From positions 1 to 43,081 of the IMG/VR virus record IMGVR_UViG_3300046057_000035: a stretch of 43,081 nt of DNA. One strand, written 5' to 3'. The position numbers and the translations under genes are program-made. Below are positions 1 to 8,810 of this stretch, one piece after another. This DNA comes from a virus (lineage: Duplodnaviria > Caudoviricetes). The notes below the pieces were generated by a model, which searched no databases, was not told the origin of the DNA, and saw only the letters and a program-made list of their open reading frames with translations. Positions within the stretch are counted from its first letter, which is position 1; each line of letters starts with the position of its first letter.

Positions 1-1750
1 ACGGGTCGAGCGTCAGTCCCTTGCGGGTCGCCTCCTCGAGGCGGCGCGTGTTTTCTTGGACCGCCGCCGTGATGCGTGCGAGCTGCTCGGACGCCACCGC
101 TTCTGAGGCCCTCTTGCTCGGCAGCGCCGCACGCTTAGGTCTGGCCTCCCTGGTAAACAGGGTGTTCATGCGGGCAGCCAGTGAGGGCGACTCGTTCACG
201 GCCTGAAGAAGACGGGGCGCTCTTTGCGCCGAGCCCGCGTTCACGACGAACTCTCCATCGGAAAGACGTACAGGGATCGAATCGGACGTGGCCGTTCCGG
301 GCCCATGCACCTGCCCGCCGTGCTGGAGCTGTTTGACAATCGTGCCGGTGCCGGCGATCCCTGCCCCGATGGCCGGATTGGCGACGCCCACCACCGAGCC
401 GACCGTCTGCAAGACGGACCCAAAAATTTGCTGAAACGAGGCGCTTCCCTGCTTGGCCGACTGCACGAGCGTTGCCCCCAGCTGCCCGGCGAGCTGGATG
501 CCCTGAACGAGCTGCTGATTGACGTTTTCGTCGTAGGACTCCCCCACGTCGTCCATCAGCTGGTCGAACGTTCGAAACTGATCGACCAGGCCGGACGCCT
601 GGGCGGCGCCGAGCGCCTTCCTCGCCTGCCCCGCGCGGTCTTGCGTATTCTGGAGCATCGTGCCCCCGACCGTTGGCGCCTGGCCAAGCCCGAAGCGGCC
701 GCCGAGCTGAGAGGGCTGCGGCAGAAGCTGATCTTGCATGCCCCCCTGTCGGAAAAAGCGCTGCACCTCGCGCATATTGCGCGCAAAATCCGCCTGGTCG
801 ACCGTGAGGGCGTTCATCGCCGAGGCGGCGCGCTCGAGCTGATCGGCAGTACTGCTCGTCTCGGACGTAAGGGTGCCCTGCTCATCAACGGCGAGGTTGG
901 TATTGTCCGTAAGCAGCCGCCGCAAGTCGAGCTGCTGCTGGTACGTCTGCCGCTGCTCTTCAAGCTTGTCGATGAAGTTGGACGCCTGCTGGTCTCGTTG
1001 TTTAAGTTGCTGAATTTGCGCCCGGATGTCCGCCGTTTGGCGTTGAAACTGCCGTTGCGCCGCAGCCCCCGAGCCAAATCTCTCTTGAGCGTCCTCAAGC
1101 TGACCTCGGAGGCCCTGCAATCGCAGCTGAATCCGGCGCCGCTCCTCTCGAAGTTGCCGTATGGCCGGGGCCACATCCTGAGGCCCGATTTGTACCCCAG
1201 CGACTTCGAATTGCCCGAAGTCAGTGATTGCCTCAGACAGATCAGAAAACGCTTGCTCAGTCTCTTCAGCAGCTTCTTCGGTTTTGTTAAAAAACTCCAG
1301 GAGCCCTGGCAGGGTCTGAAGTGCAAGCGTTCCGAGGGCCAGCACGCCCGTGGGACTGGTAAAAGCGCCCAGAAGTTTATTGACTGCGCCCCCCGTTGAC
1401 CCGGACTGTTGTTGAAGCCTCTGGAATTGCTCCAACAGTAGCGGCATGGCGTTTGCAGCTCCGCGAATCCCAGCTGCCTGCATGTCCTGGAGCTGGTTCG
1501 TCAGCTCAAACGTAAGATTGGTCGCCGTCCCCGAGGCGCTCGACATCGACTGCATCGAGTCGCGCATCCGGTTTATCTGGGTGCGGGCCTCTGCACTTTC
1601 CTGCACGACGCTTGTAGAGAGCCGCTCGAACCCCTGCCCGGCCTCGATTGCTTCTAGCTCAAGCTCTGAGAGCGATCGCCCTGTCTTTTCGAGCTCTGCA
1701 CGGGCCTCGCCGGCCTTTACGTCCAGTCGTATTACTGCTTCACGAGCCAT
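1..1750 (-). CDS. Tail tape measure protein (3' end outside the window)
   Basis: Absent from the ORF track because there is no stop in the window. Read manually from ATG at 1750: MAREAVIRLDVKAGEARAELEK..., Ala/Gln-rich helical sequence with the common TMP motif GGQVHGPGTATSDSIPVRLSDGEFVV; lies downstream of the tail chaperone. Confidence 0.9.
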   Translation of the reverse strand, partial: MAREAVIRLDVKAGEARAELEKTGRSLSELELEAIEAGQGFERLSTSVVQESAEARTQINRMRDSMQSMSSASGTATNLTFELTNQLQDMQAAGIRGAANAMPLLLEQFQRLQQQSGSTGGAVNKLLGAFTSPTGVLALGTLALQTLPGLLEFFNKTEEAAEETEQAFSDLSEAITDFGQFEVAGVQIGPQDVAPAIRQLREERRRIQLRLQGLRGQLEDAQERFGSGAAAQRQFQRQTADIRAQIQQLKQRDQQASNFIDKLEEQRQTYQQQLDLRRLLTDNTNLAVDEQGTLTSETSSTADQLERAASAMNALTVDQADFARNMREVQRFFRQGGMQDQLLPQPSQLGGRFGLGQAPTVGGTMLQNTQDRAGQARKALGAAQASGLVDQFRTFDQLMDDVGESYDENVNQQLVQGIQLAGQLGATLVQSAKQGSASFQQIFGSVLQTVGSVVGVANPAIGAGIAGTGTIVKQLQHGGQVHGPGTATSDSIPVRLSDGEFVVNAGSAQRAPRLLQAVNESPSLAARMNTLFTREARPKRAALPSKRASEAVASEQLARITAAVQENTRRLEEATRKGLTLDP

Positions 1751-1758
1751 TGTCTATT

Positions 1759-1965
1759 ATGCTCTATTTGCTTCTTTACGTATGTGCTGGATTCCTATTG
1801 TTGGCAGCCGGCCTTTCGGGGATGATTGAGAGCCCGCACATCTCGCAACAGGTGCTGGTTGCGGTGCTTTTGTCCTCGGCATTTGTTTCAGTCATCACTG
1901 CCCGCGTGGTCCACCTCCTCACCGACATCCGCGACCACCTATCCCGCCGTCAGGCGGGGGAGTGA
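1759..1965 (+). CDS. Small two-TM membrane protein (moron-like), 68 aa
   Basis: MLYLLLYVCAGFLLLAAGLSG...QQVLVAVLLSSAFVSVITARVVHLL; two hydrophobic helices; fills the gap between chaperone and TMP on the opposite strand. Confidence 0.55.
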   Translation: MLYLLLYVCAGFLLLAAGLSGMIESPHISQQVLVAVLLSSAFVSVITARVVHLLTDIRDHLSRRQAGE

Positions 1966-1990
1966 GTCAACCGGACGGCGGGAGAGTGAG

Positions 1991-2224
1991 TCAACCTGGC
2001 GGCGCCACCCGCTCGCGGGCCACCCACGCCGCCGCCTCCGAGCGCGGCAGGTCCCGAAGCCGCTGCCACTCGCTCGGGCGCTCGGTGTAGCGTAGGAGGA
2101 GCGCGTCGAAGGGGTGGGTGTTTTCGGCCACCTCCGAACGCAGCTGCGCCAGCTTCTGATGCCAGTCGCTTAGCGCTCGGCTGTACCGGGAGGGGTCGTG
2201 GTCGTCGTAGTCGCTCCGTTTGGG
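1991..2224 (-). CDS. Tail assembly chaperone, -1 frameshifted C-terminal part (gpT-like)
   Basis: The -1 frame opens at the slippery site: PKRSDYDDHDPSRYSRALSDWHQKLAQ...; position just upstream of the TMP. Confidence 0.7.
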   Translation of the reverse strand, partial: PKRSDYDDHDPSRYSRALSDWHQKLAQLRSEVAENTHPFDALLLRYTERPSEWQRLRDLPRSEAAAWVARERVAPPG

Positions 2225-2694
2225 CCGCTGAGGGACTCGGTGATCGCCTGTAGTACCTGCGCTGAGGATGCGTCCGGCCCGCCGCTTCTCCCGTGACACC
2301 CTTCGATAAAATCCGCGCGCGCCTCCTGCACAAGTCCTGGCCGCAGATCCAGCACATCGGAGGAGGAGAGGTCCTCCGCGTCTTCGAAGATGATCTTCGC
2401 GAGCCGCAGGTGGTACTCGCCCCGATCAGTGACCTCACCGGTGATGTAGTCGTCGTAGACGCGCTCTGTGTCCTCTTCGGCCGCCCCGCCCTCAGGACCG
2501 CCCTCGGGGCCGCCCTCAGGGGCGATCTCGTCATACCATCCCCACCTGTCACAGACGCGCTTTTTTACCTGCCGGGCCACGAGCGCATCTGCGCTCTTGC
2601 GAAAAAGCTCGTGGAGCTTCTGCTCCTGGCGGTGCGTGGGGTACTCGATCACCTCGAACTCCCTTTCGGAGCCGGCGAGAATCTGGTACGTCAT
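2170..2694 (-). CDS. Tail assembly chaperone (gpG-like)
   Basis: Acidic 174-aa ORF between tail genes and TMP, overlapping a -1 frame ORF via a slippery heptamer. Confidence 0.75.
   Translation of the reverse strand: MTYQILAGSEREFEVIEYPTHRQEQKLHELFRKSADALVARQVKKRVCDRWGWYDEIAPEGGPEGGPEGGAAEEDTERVYDDYITGEVTDRGEYHLRLAKIIFEDAEDLSSSDVLDLRPGLVQEARADFIEGCHGRSGGPDASSAQVLQAITESLSGPNGATTTTTTPPGTAER
2218..2224 (-). promoter_or_regulatory. Programmed -1 ribosomal frameshift site C-CCA-AAC
   Basis: Minus strand GGC CCA AAC fits X-XXY-YYZ in the correct phase; the -1 frame is open to 1991. Confidence 0.75.
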
Positions 2695-3164
2695 AGCGTG
2701 GGCGTAAGACTGTTTAGGTCATCGATGATGTCTTTGTCTGCTGCGTCCGACGGGTCGAGCCAGCGGGCGCCCTGCACCTCGAAGGCTCGCGTGAGCCGCT
2801 CGGTCGACTCCTCGAGCCGGTAGCTCGCTGGGGGCCGTCGGCTGCGGGTGACGATTTCGACCGATGGGGTCGTGCTGTTCGGGGCGCTCGCCGTCGGGTC
2901 GGGGACAAATTCGACGGTGGTGCCGGCAGCGACCTCTTGCTCGATCTCCTCAAACAGCTCGGCGGCGCTGAGCCCCCCCGCGTTCGCGTTCGCCGCCACC
3001 ATGACCGAGCGCCACCGAATGACCGGAAGCTTGCGGCGGACGTCGGTCACGACCACGCCGTCGACGCGGCGAAAGTCATCGCGATCCTCGACGAAGCGCA
3101 CCTCGACCTGATCGGCCCTATAGTCGTAGTCGGCGCTGCCGATCGTAAAGCGGGACGTGATCAT
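2691..3164 (-). CDS. Putative tail protein
   Basis: Acidic, beta-rich 157-aa ORF, 4-nt overlap with chaperone gene; positional call. Confidence 0.55.
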   Translation of the reverse strand: MITSRFTIGSADYDYRADQVEVRFVEDRDDFRRVDGVVVTDVRRKLPVIRWRSVMVAANANAGGLSAAELFEEIEQEVAAGTTVEFVPDPTASAPNSTTPSVEIVTRSRRPPASYRLEESTERLTRAFEVQGARWLDPSDAADKDIIDDLNSLTPTL

Positions 3165-3192
3165 CTGAACGCAAGATCCCCTGTATGCGAGA

Positions 3193-3909
3193 TCACCTAG
3201 CCACGAACTGGTCGGACCCGTCGACGCGCAAGGCCGGGTCGGCAGGCGTGTCCCCGCTTACGTCTACGCTCAGAAAGTGCGTCCCAGGCGGCGTCGTAAG
3301 ATCCGTGCGGATGCGGCCGCTCGAAGAACTGGTGGTCGAGGCGCTATCGAGCCCCGACCCGGCGTCGTCTTGCGCCTCGATCGTGACAGTGCCCCCGTTG
3401 GCCCCAAACCCTGCAGACAGGGTAAGGGCCGACCCATCGAGCGGGTAGACGAACGTCTCACTTACCCCGCCGCTCGTGTCAAAGGGCGCGAGCACGTTTC
3501 GCGTAAGCAGAACGCCGTGCGAGTCGGCCCCGCCCGCTTCGAGCGTCATCGCATACTCGGCTTTTTGCAGGGCCACCTCCGTCGGGGAGTACCCGCCCGC
3601 CCCCGTGATGCGGGCGGCGCGAGTCCACATGACGACCGCCTCGGGCATCTCAAGGACAGCTTTCACCGGCTGCCTCTCGTCCATCCACGTCGATACGTCG
3701 CTGATCCCGGCCACGTCGAGTGCAGACAGCCTAAGCTCCGACCGGTACGCCGCAAAGACGGTCCGCCCCTCGGGGTCTGTCTCTGTATCCGGCACCTCGC
3801 GGACCGTTGCCTCCGACTCGTCGGACACGTCGTCGACGAAGACGCGGGTGGCTGGACTGGTGCTGTCGTCAATGAGTCCAAACCGCTGGAGCGCACCGAC
3901 GTAGGCCAT
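3193..3909 (-). CDS. Putative tail tube-like protein with C-terminal beta extension
   Basis: N-terminal half resembles 3944..4390 (TDPEGRTVF / TPSGQTIF; WMDERQPV / EMDARNTV); Ser/Thr/Gly-rich C-terminal half. Confidence 0.55.
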   Translation of the reverse strand: MAYVGALQRFGLIDDSTSPATRVFVDDVSDESEATVREVPDTETDPEGRTVFAAYRSELRLSALDVAGISDVSTWMDERQPVKAVLEMPEAVVMWTRAARITGAGGYSPTEVALQKAEYAMTLEAGGADSHGVLLTRNVLAPFDTSGGVSETFVYPLDGSALTLSAGFGANGGTVTIEAQDDAGSGLDSASTTSSSSGRIRTDLTTPPGTHFLSVDVSGDTPADPALRVDGSDQFVAR

Positions 3910-3943
3910 AACACCTCAGCTTTTTGTGAAGGATGGGGAGAAG

Positions 3944-4390
3944 TCAAGCCGGGCGTTGTGTCCCGCCGCTGTCCGGGTGGGTAAACCGCAAGACGCCGGC
4001 CACAAGCGCGTCGTCGGTCGTCGGGTCGTAGCTGACCTCCGTCACCGGGCGAATCTCCAGCCACTTCGAGCCGCCGGAGTCTTGGATGACCCCTCCCTCG
4101 AGGGTCAGCCGCAGAAAGACCGTGTTTCGCGCGTCCATCTCGTCTTCGACCGTGTTGCCGTTGTTGAGGGTATCGACAAAGAGAAAGTCCATGTCGATCA
4201 CCGCGATCTCGCCCTCCAGGCGAGAAACGGTAAAAATGGTCTGTCCGCTCGGCGTCTGCTCGTTGTCCGACACGGTCGAGTCGAGACTCGTGTCCCTCGT
4301 GGAGATGTCGGTCGTCGAGATCGCGCCGGTCGACGACGCCTGGCTGTTGACCTCGGCCTTGTTTAGCTGCGAGTTTTGAAAGGTGGCCAT
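3944..4390 (-). CDS. Putative major tail tube protein
   Basis: 148 aa, S/T/D-rich, follows the terminator-like gene; positional call. Confidence 0.55.
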   Translation of the reverse strand: MATFQNSQLNKAEVNSQASSTGAISTTDISTRDTSLDSTVSDNEQTPSGQTIFTVSRLEGEIAVIDMDFLFVDTLNNGNTVEDEMDARNTVFLRLTLEGGVIQDSGGSKWLEIRPVTEVSYDPTTDDALVAGVLRFTHPDSGGTQRPA

Positions 4391-4399
4391 GGGCTTATG

Positions 4400-4837
4400 C
4401 TATTGAGTAAATATTTGTGTCTGAGCGAAGCGGATGTCGAGCGCGTCGACCATCAAGGTGAGCTCCCCATTGCTAATCTCCGAGCGCGTCCGGCTTCTCT
4501 TCTGGGCGTCCCCGCCGGTCGCCGCCGGCAGCTCGGTCAGGTAGTCGTTGCGAAGGCCATCGAGCTGCGTGCGGGCCGCCGAGCGCGCCGTGGCCCTCTG
4601 GCCGCACTCGACGGCGAGATAGGCCACGTACGTAATGAGGGCCTGGTAATGGCGGCCGCGCGTGTCGTCGGCGCCGTGCTCCTCTTCCTCCTCGCGCGGG
4701 TCGAGCGCCCAGGCCGGCAGGTCCGCCGTCCTGAGCTCGTCGGGAAACGTGCTCGGCCGGATCGCCGCGAACGAGCCGGTCGCCCGCGCCGCATCTTCCA
4801 GCAAGGCGCGGGGATCTGGGGGGCGAAGATCAGCCAT
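4400..4837 (-). CDS. Putative tail terminator/completion protein
   Basis: 145 aa, canonical position after the HK97 gp10-like gene. Confidence 0.5.
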   Translation of the reverse strand: MADLRPPDPRALLEDAARATGSFAAIRPSTFPDELRTADLPAWALDPREEEEEHGADDTRGRHYQALITYVAYLAVECGQRATARSAARTQLDGLRNDYLTELPAATGGDAQKRSRTRSEISNGELTLMVDALDIRFAQTQIFTQ

Positions 4838-4893
4838 CTTGAAATGTCATGGCTTGAGCTCTCGTAGGCGATAGATCTCATGGGAGGTAGATG

Positions 4894-5346
4894 TCAGCCA
4901 AGCTTCTCGGCCACGACCTCTTCGATCCGCTCCGGAAGGGTCTCGCCGAGCTTCCGGGCCGGCCCGGTCAGAAAGTCCTGTGGGGGCGTCCCGAACCGCT
5001 CGATCTTGCGCCAGACCGGGAACCACGCGCTCTCGTCCCCGAGCTTGCGCCGCGCCCACTCCTTGATCGGCGCGAAGGGGGCCCGGTGCGGGCGCGTCCC
5101 GTACTGGACGTAGGGGGCGTGGGCCACGTCCGGCCCCACCTCAAGCACGATTGCCTCGCGCCCTGCGTCTACGCTGCTCGTGACGCTTGCGCGAAGATCC
5201 CCCTGATAGCTTATGCCCTTGTGGTCGATCACCTTGGTCATCAGCGCCTCGCCCCGAAATCCGCTCTGCCGCATCTCTTCGGTTACAGCCTCGAAAAGCC
5301 CGGCGCTAAGCTCACCCTCCCAGCTTTTGCGCAGTGAGGCGCCCAT
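4894..5346 (-). CDS. HK97 gp10-like neck/tail completion protein
   Basis: Motifs GDLRASV, APYVQYGTRPH, GTPPQDFL. Confidence 0.75.
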   Translation of the reverse strand: MGASLRKSWEGELSAGLFEAVTEEMRQSGFRGEALMTKVIDHKGISYQGDLRASVTSSVDAGREAIVLEVGPDVAHAPYVQYGTRPHRAPFAPIKEWARRKLGDESAWFPVWRKIERFGTPPQDFLTGPARKLGETLPERIEEVVAEKLG

Positions 5347-5402
5347 AGCAACTTACTTGCGATAGCAGCTTGTTTGCGTTTTTCAGACCGCCTATGCGTG
5401 TT

Positions 5403-5831
5403 TCAGACCGCCCATACGTGCGAGGCGGCGCCTGCGAGGTCGCCGACAAGGCCCTCCGCTTGCTGTCGGAGGCGCCCCTGGACCTGCTCGACCTGCCCTT
5501 GCCTCAGCAGCTGGCGGATCGTTTGCTGCTGGTTGATCAGACCGAGATCGCGTACCAGGCCCCCTTTTTCGGAGAGGCGAAGGCCGCCGCGATTGCCGAT
5601 GTAGGTGGCAACGGCAAAGAGGGCCTCCGCCTGCGCGAGCCGGTCGTACTCGCTCTCGCCAGCGGACTGATTCGACTCGATCCGATCATACGTGTCGCTC
5701 GTCACCAAGGACCGCGCCTCCCGCTCGGCTTTCCTCTCGTTTAGGTCCGTGCTCACCTCCGCCGCCACGTGCGTGGGCAAGTGGAGCCAGTCTTCGAGAT
5801 TTTGTTGGGTGAAAAGAGCCACGAGAGGCAC
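5403..5831 (-). CDS. Putative head-tail adaptor
   Basis: Helical 142-aa ORF downstream of capsid genes; positional call. Confidence 0.55.
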   Translation of the reverse strand: MPLVALFTQQNLEDWLHLPTHVAAEVSTDLNERKAEREARSLVTSDTYDRIESNQSAGESEYDRLAQAEALFAVATYIGNRGGLRLSEKGGLVRDLGLINQQQTIRQLLRQGQVEQVQGRLRQQAEGLVGDLAGAASHVWAV

Positions 5832-5877
5832 TAGAAAATCGAAGTATCAGGCCGTCGGTACGACGTTTTCGGGCGTT

Positions 5878-6393
5878 TTAGAAGTCTTGGAGGGCCTCGT
5901 ACTTTTTCGGCCCCACGCCCTTGATCTCCTGCACATCCTCCCCAAGCGCCTTCGCGGCGGCGACCGTGCCGTAGCCTTCGCTGCCCAGACGCTCGGCAGC
6001 GCCCTCGCCCACCAGGTCGGCGAGGGCCGGCTCGTAGGAGGTCGCGTCCGGGTCCATCGCCGGAACCACCTCGATGGTCAGCGACTGAGGCACCGCCGAG
6101 TCGCGAGACGCCTTCGCCGCCTCGTACTTCTCGCGCACGACCTGCCAGTCGCGGTGGGCCTGCGGGACTGGTGAGGAGGGGCTGCCCGAGTCCTTCTCAC
6201 TCGAGTGCTCCCCGCTCTCGCGACCCAGCTCGTCGGCGGGCGTGCCGATAATGACGGTCTGAACGCGGCTCCCCTCCTCGCCGGCCTCAACGGCCGGGAC
6301 GCGGGCCTGTCGGAACGCGGCTTCAGGCCCGGCGGCCTCCCGGTGGCGCGGCTCGGGGGACGGGGTGTCGATGTAGACGAGCGTACGGGGCAC
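5878..6393 (-). CDS. Protein with C-terminal helix-hairpin-helix motif
   Basis: ...EDVQEIKGVGPKKYEAL matches the HhH pattern; directly after the capsid gene. Confidence 0.6.
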   Translation of the reverse strand: MPRTLVYIDTPSPEPRHREAAGPEAAFRQARVPAVEAGEEGSRVQTVIIGTPADELGRESGEHSSEKDSGSPSSPVPQAHRDWQVVREKYEAAKASRDSAVPQSLTIEVVPAMDPDATSYEPALADLVGEGAAERLGSEGYGTVAAAKALGEDVQEIKGVGPKKYEALQDF

Positions 6394-6485
6394 AGCGCCT
6401 GTGGAAAAGAGCTTTGGTGGGAAACAGCGTTCGGTCGAAGAGGCAGGAAACTGTCTTTGAGCGCCGCTTTGTCAGGGAGCCCTTT

Positions 6486-7475
6486 TTACGCGTGCTCCAG
6501 CACGACGCCGCCGCGGTCCTTCTTTTCGGAGTGGTCGGTGTCCCAGTTCGAGCCGGTCTTCAGGGCCGAGTCGTTTGGGTTGCGCCCGCCGTTGGCGGTG
6601 TCCCACGTAAAGCCGAGCGCGTCGATCGTGATGGCGCTCTCGCCCTGCGCGCGAAAGGTCACGTTCTCCCCGCCGGTCTCGACCTCGTCGAAGATGCGGA
6701 AGGCGTCGGACTCGGACACCTGAATCGCCCCCTCCGTCAGGCCGAGCGTGTAGTACGAGTCGGTACCGGAGCTCACGCCGTCGGTATTGATCAGGTCTGC
6801 CGAGTCGGTCACGACGACGGGGCGCTGAAACGAGCCGGGCGCCTCGTTGTAGATCGTCGCAAACTCGGTCTGGTCACCGCTGGTGCTGATGTTGTTGCCG
6901 ACCAGATCGTTAAACGCTTTCGAGTGCATCACAAGCGCGATCAGGTCCCCCCGCGCGTCGCCAAACGCCGAGAGCAGGTCGTTCAGCAACTGATGCTCAG
7001 CGGTGTTGCTCGATGAGCCGGACTTGTCGACGTAGTTGGCCGACTGATTCGAGAGGGCCGCCACGAGCACGCCGATCGCGGTATTGAGGTAGTTTTGGGC
7101 GGCGTCCTCGCCGGCCTGCTCGCCGAACTGAAAACTGAACTCCTCCTCGTCGGAGGCGATCGTTTCGAGAGAGTCGATCGTGTTTTCGACCGGCCCGATG
7201 CGGCGCTTCGTCTTGACCGCGACGTGGTCGCTGGTGGTCAGCGCCTCGGACGTGACCGAGCTGGTCGACGTGTCGTCTCGGTACGTCACGAGATTGGACA
7301 TCCGGTCGAAAAACCGCGTCTTCGCGTAGTCGCCCTCCAGGTCCCGCATCTCAAACTGCAGGGCCTGCTGGGAGCTCTCGTTGAACACGTCGAGGTTTTG
7401 CCCGACGCCCTGAAGAAAGCCCGCCTCGAAAAACTCCGGGCGGATCACCTGATTGTTTGCTAGCCCAATGGCCAT
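6486..7475 (-). CDS. Major capsid protein (HK97 fold)
   Basis: 329 aa after the scaffold; motifs FGDARGDLIALVMHSKAFNDL and GFTWDTANGGRNPNDSALKTGSNWD typical of a siphovirus capsid family. Confidence 0.9.
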   Translation of the reverse strand: MAIGLANNQVIRPEFFEAGFLQGVGQNLDVFNESSQQALQFEMRDLEGDYAKTRFFDRMSNLVTYRDDTSTSSVTSEALTTSDHVAVKTKRRIGPVENTIDSLETIASDEEEFSFQFGEQAGEDAAQNYLNTAIGVLVAALSNQSANYVDKSGSSSNTAEHQLLNDLLSAFGDARGDLIALVMHSKAFNDLVGNNISTSGDQTEFATIYNEAPGSFQRPVVVTDSADLINTDGVSSGTDSYYTLGLTEGAIQVSESDAFRIFDEVETGGENVTFRAQGESAITIDALGFTWDTANGGRNPNDSALKTGSNWDTDHSEKKDRGGVVLEHA

Positions 7476-7534
7476 AGCTCAAAAAAGTGTGTGCCGAGAG
7501 AACGTTGAAAAGTAGAAAGCGCTAAAAGGTGCTG

Positions 7535-8257
7535 TCACCCGTCCATGCGCGGATGGTGGCCGTGCTCCTCTACGTAGCTAATTACCTCATCCCGTGACAT
7601 CTCTTCCCAGCCGCTTGGTTGGGGTGAGCCGGGGGCGCTTTCCTCAAACCCGGATCCTCTCGTCGGCTCCGACTCGGCAAACAGAGGCTGAAACTCGTCC
7701 TGCTCCGACAGCTGATCGAGGCCCTCGCTGATCGAGGCGTAGCCGCCGTCCTCCCCCGGAAGGGGCGTGCCGTTTTCATCGGCCATCACAAAGCGCCCGT
7801 CGTCGGTCTCCTGGACCCGATCCTCAAGGGCCTGGAGAAGAAGCGGATCAGCGCCGCCGACGCTCTGAAGCGCCTTCGGGTCGATGTCGCCGCGCTCCCG
7901 AGCAGCGCCCAAGATCTTCTCGCGCTTCGTGCGCTCTTTGTAGCGCTGAAGCTCAGAGCGAAGCGGCTCGACCTTCTCCTCCTCGACCTGCTGGACGACC
8001 TCTTTGCGCTCGTCCTCATCCAAGTCGTACTCGGCGGCCACCTCCTTCCGAAACGCCTCGTCCTCCTTTAGCTCCTGTCGCACGTCGGATCGCATCGACG
8101 AGTCGAAGCGATCTTTGACCCGAGAAATTTCCTTCTCGTGGTACTCGCGGTCGACCACCTCGTCCTCGGATACAATCCTCTGCCCGTCTGGAACGTGCTC
8201 GTCGAGGTTGACGGTCACGGCCTCCCCGTCGTCGGTTTCGACTTCAGCAGTTGGCAT
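7535..8257 (-). CDS. Capsid scaffolding protein
   Basis: Very acidic coiled-coil protein with Gly/Pro-rich C-terminal linker immediately upstream of the capsid gene. Confidence 0.8.
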   Translation of the reverse strand: MPTAEVETDDGEAVTVNLDEHVPDGQRIVSEDEVVDREYHEKEISRVKDRFDSSMRSDVRQELKEDEAFRKEVAAEYDLDEDERKEVVQQVEEEKVEPLRSELQRYKERTKREKILGAARERGDIDPKALQSVGGADPLLLQALEDRVQETDDGRFVMADENGTPLPGEDGGYASISEGLDQLSEQDEFQPLFAESEPTRGSGFEESAPGSPQPSGWEEMSRDEVISYVEEHGHHPRMDG

Positions 8258-8477
8258 GTGTCACGGTGTGTAATGAACGCTCGCTTTTGATTTGCCAGCG
8301 GTGGCGGGCCGCTGGGATCTCTCGGCTCAGGGACCGCTCCCTTCAAGAATCACTTCCTTTAGGGACCACTCCCTTTTCACGCGATGAGCTGCCCTGCCGG
8401 ACGGGCCGCCAGTCGCGGACTGGCGATGATGTTTCGATCGAACGATTCTTCGGCTGGAAGATTTTCCTGCTACCCGA

Positions 8478-8536
8478 ACGCTACGAGACCCCGCCTTGGT
8501 GCGCAACATCTTGTGGCATTTTTAATTCAGCCCACA
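8478..8536 (-). promoter_or_regulatory. Candidate sigma70-like promoter with upstream dyad for scaffold/capsid genes
   Basis: Minus strand TTGCGC-N17-TAGCGT (8506-8478), preceded by TGTGG-N15-CCACA (8512-8536). Confidence 0.35.
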
Positions 8537-8539
8537 GGC

Positions 8540-8743
8540 TCAGCGCTGCCCGTACACGACGCGCCGGACGGTGCCCGGGCTTACGCCGTGGCGCTCGGCG
8601 AGCAGCTCGAAGGCGCGCTGTCGGCCGTGCTCGTCTCGAAGATCCGGGTAGGCGCTCCGGATCCGCAGGTTGCGGTTCACGTGCTCGATCCGGCGGCGGT
8701 CCTGCTCGGAGGCCGTGTCGGGAATGGGCAGCGTGTCGGCCAT
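8540..8743 (-). CDS. Small HTH protein (Mor/C-like C-terminal HTH), 67 aa
   Basis: MADTLPIP...RNLRIRSAY...FELLAERHGVSPGTVRRVVY; internal ATG of the 8540..8995 ORF. Confidence 0.7.
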   Translation of the reverse strand: MADTLPIPDTASEQDRRRIEHVNRNLRIRSAYPDLRDEHGRQRAFELLAERHGVSPGTVRRVVYGQR

Positions 8744-8810
8744 GACAGGCGTTCGGCGCATTTTGTATCCGGGAAGAGGTGGACCGATAGAGCGTGATCC
8801 AAAAACGAAG

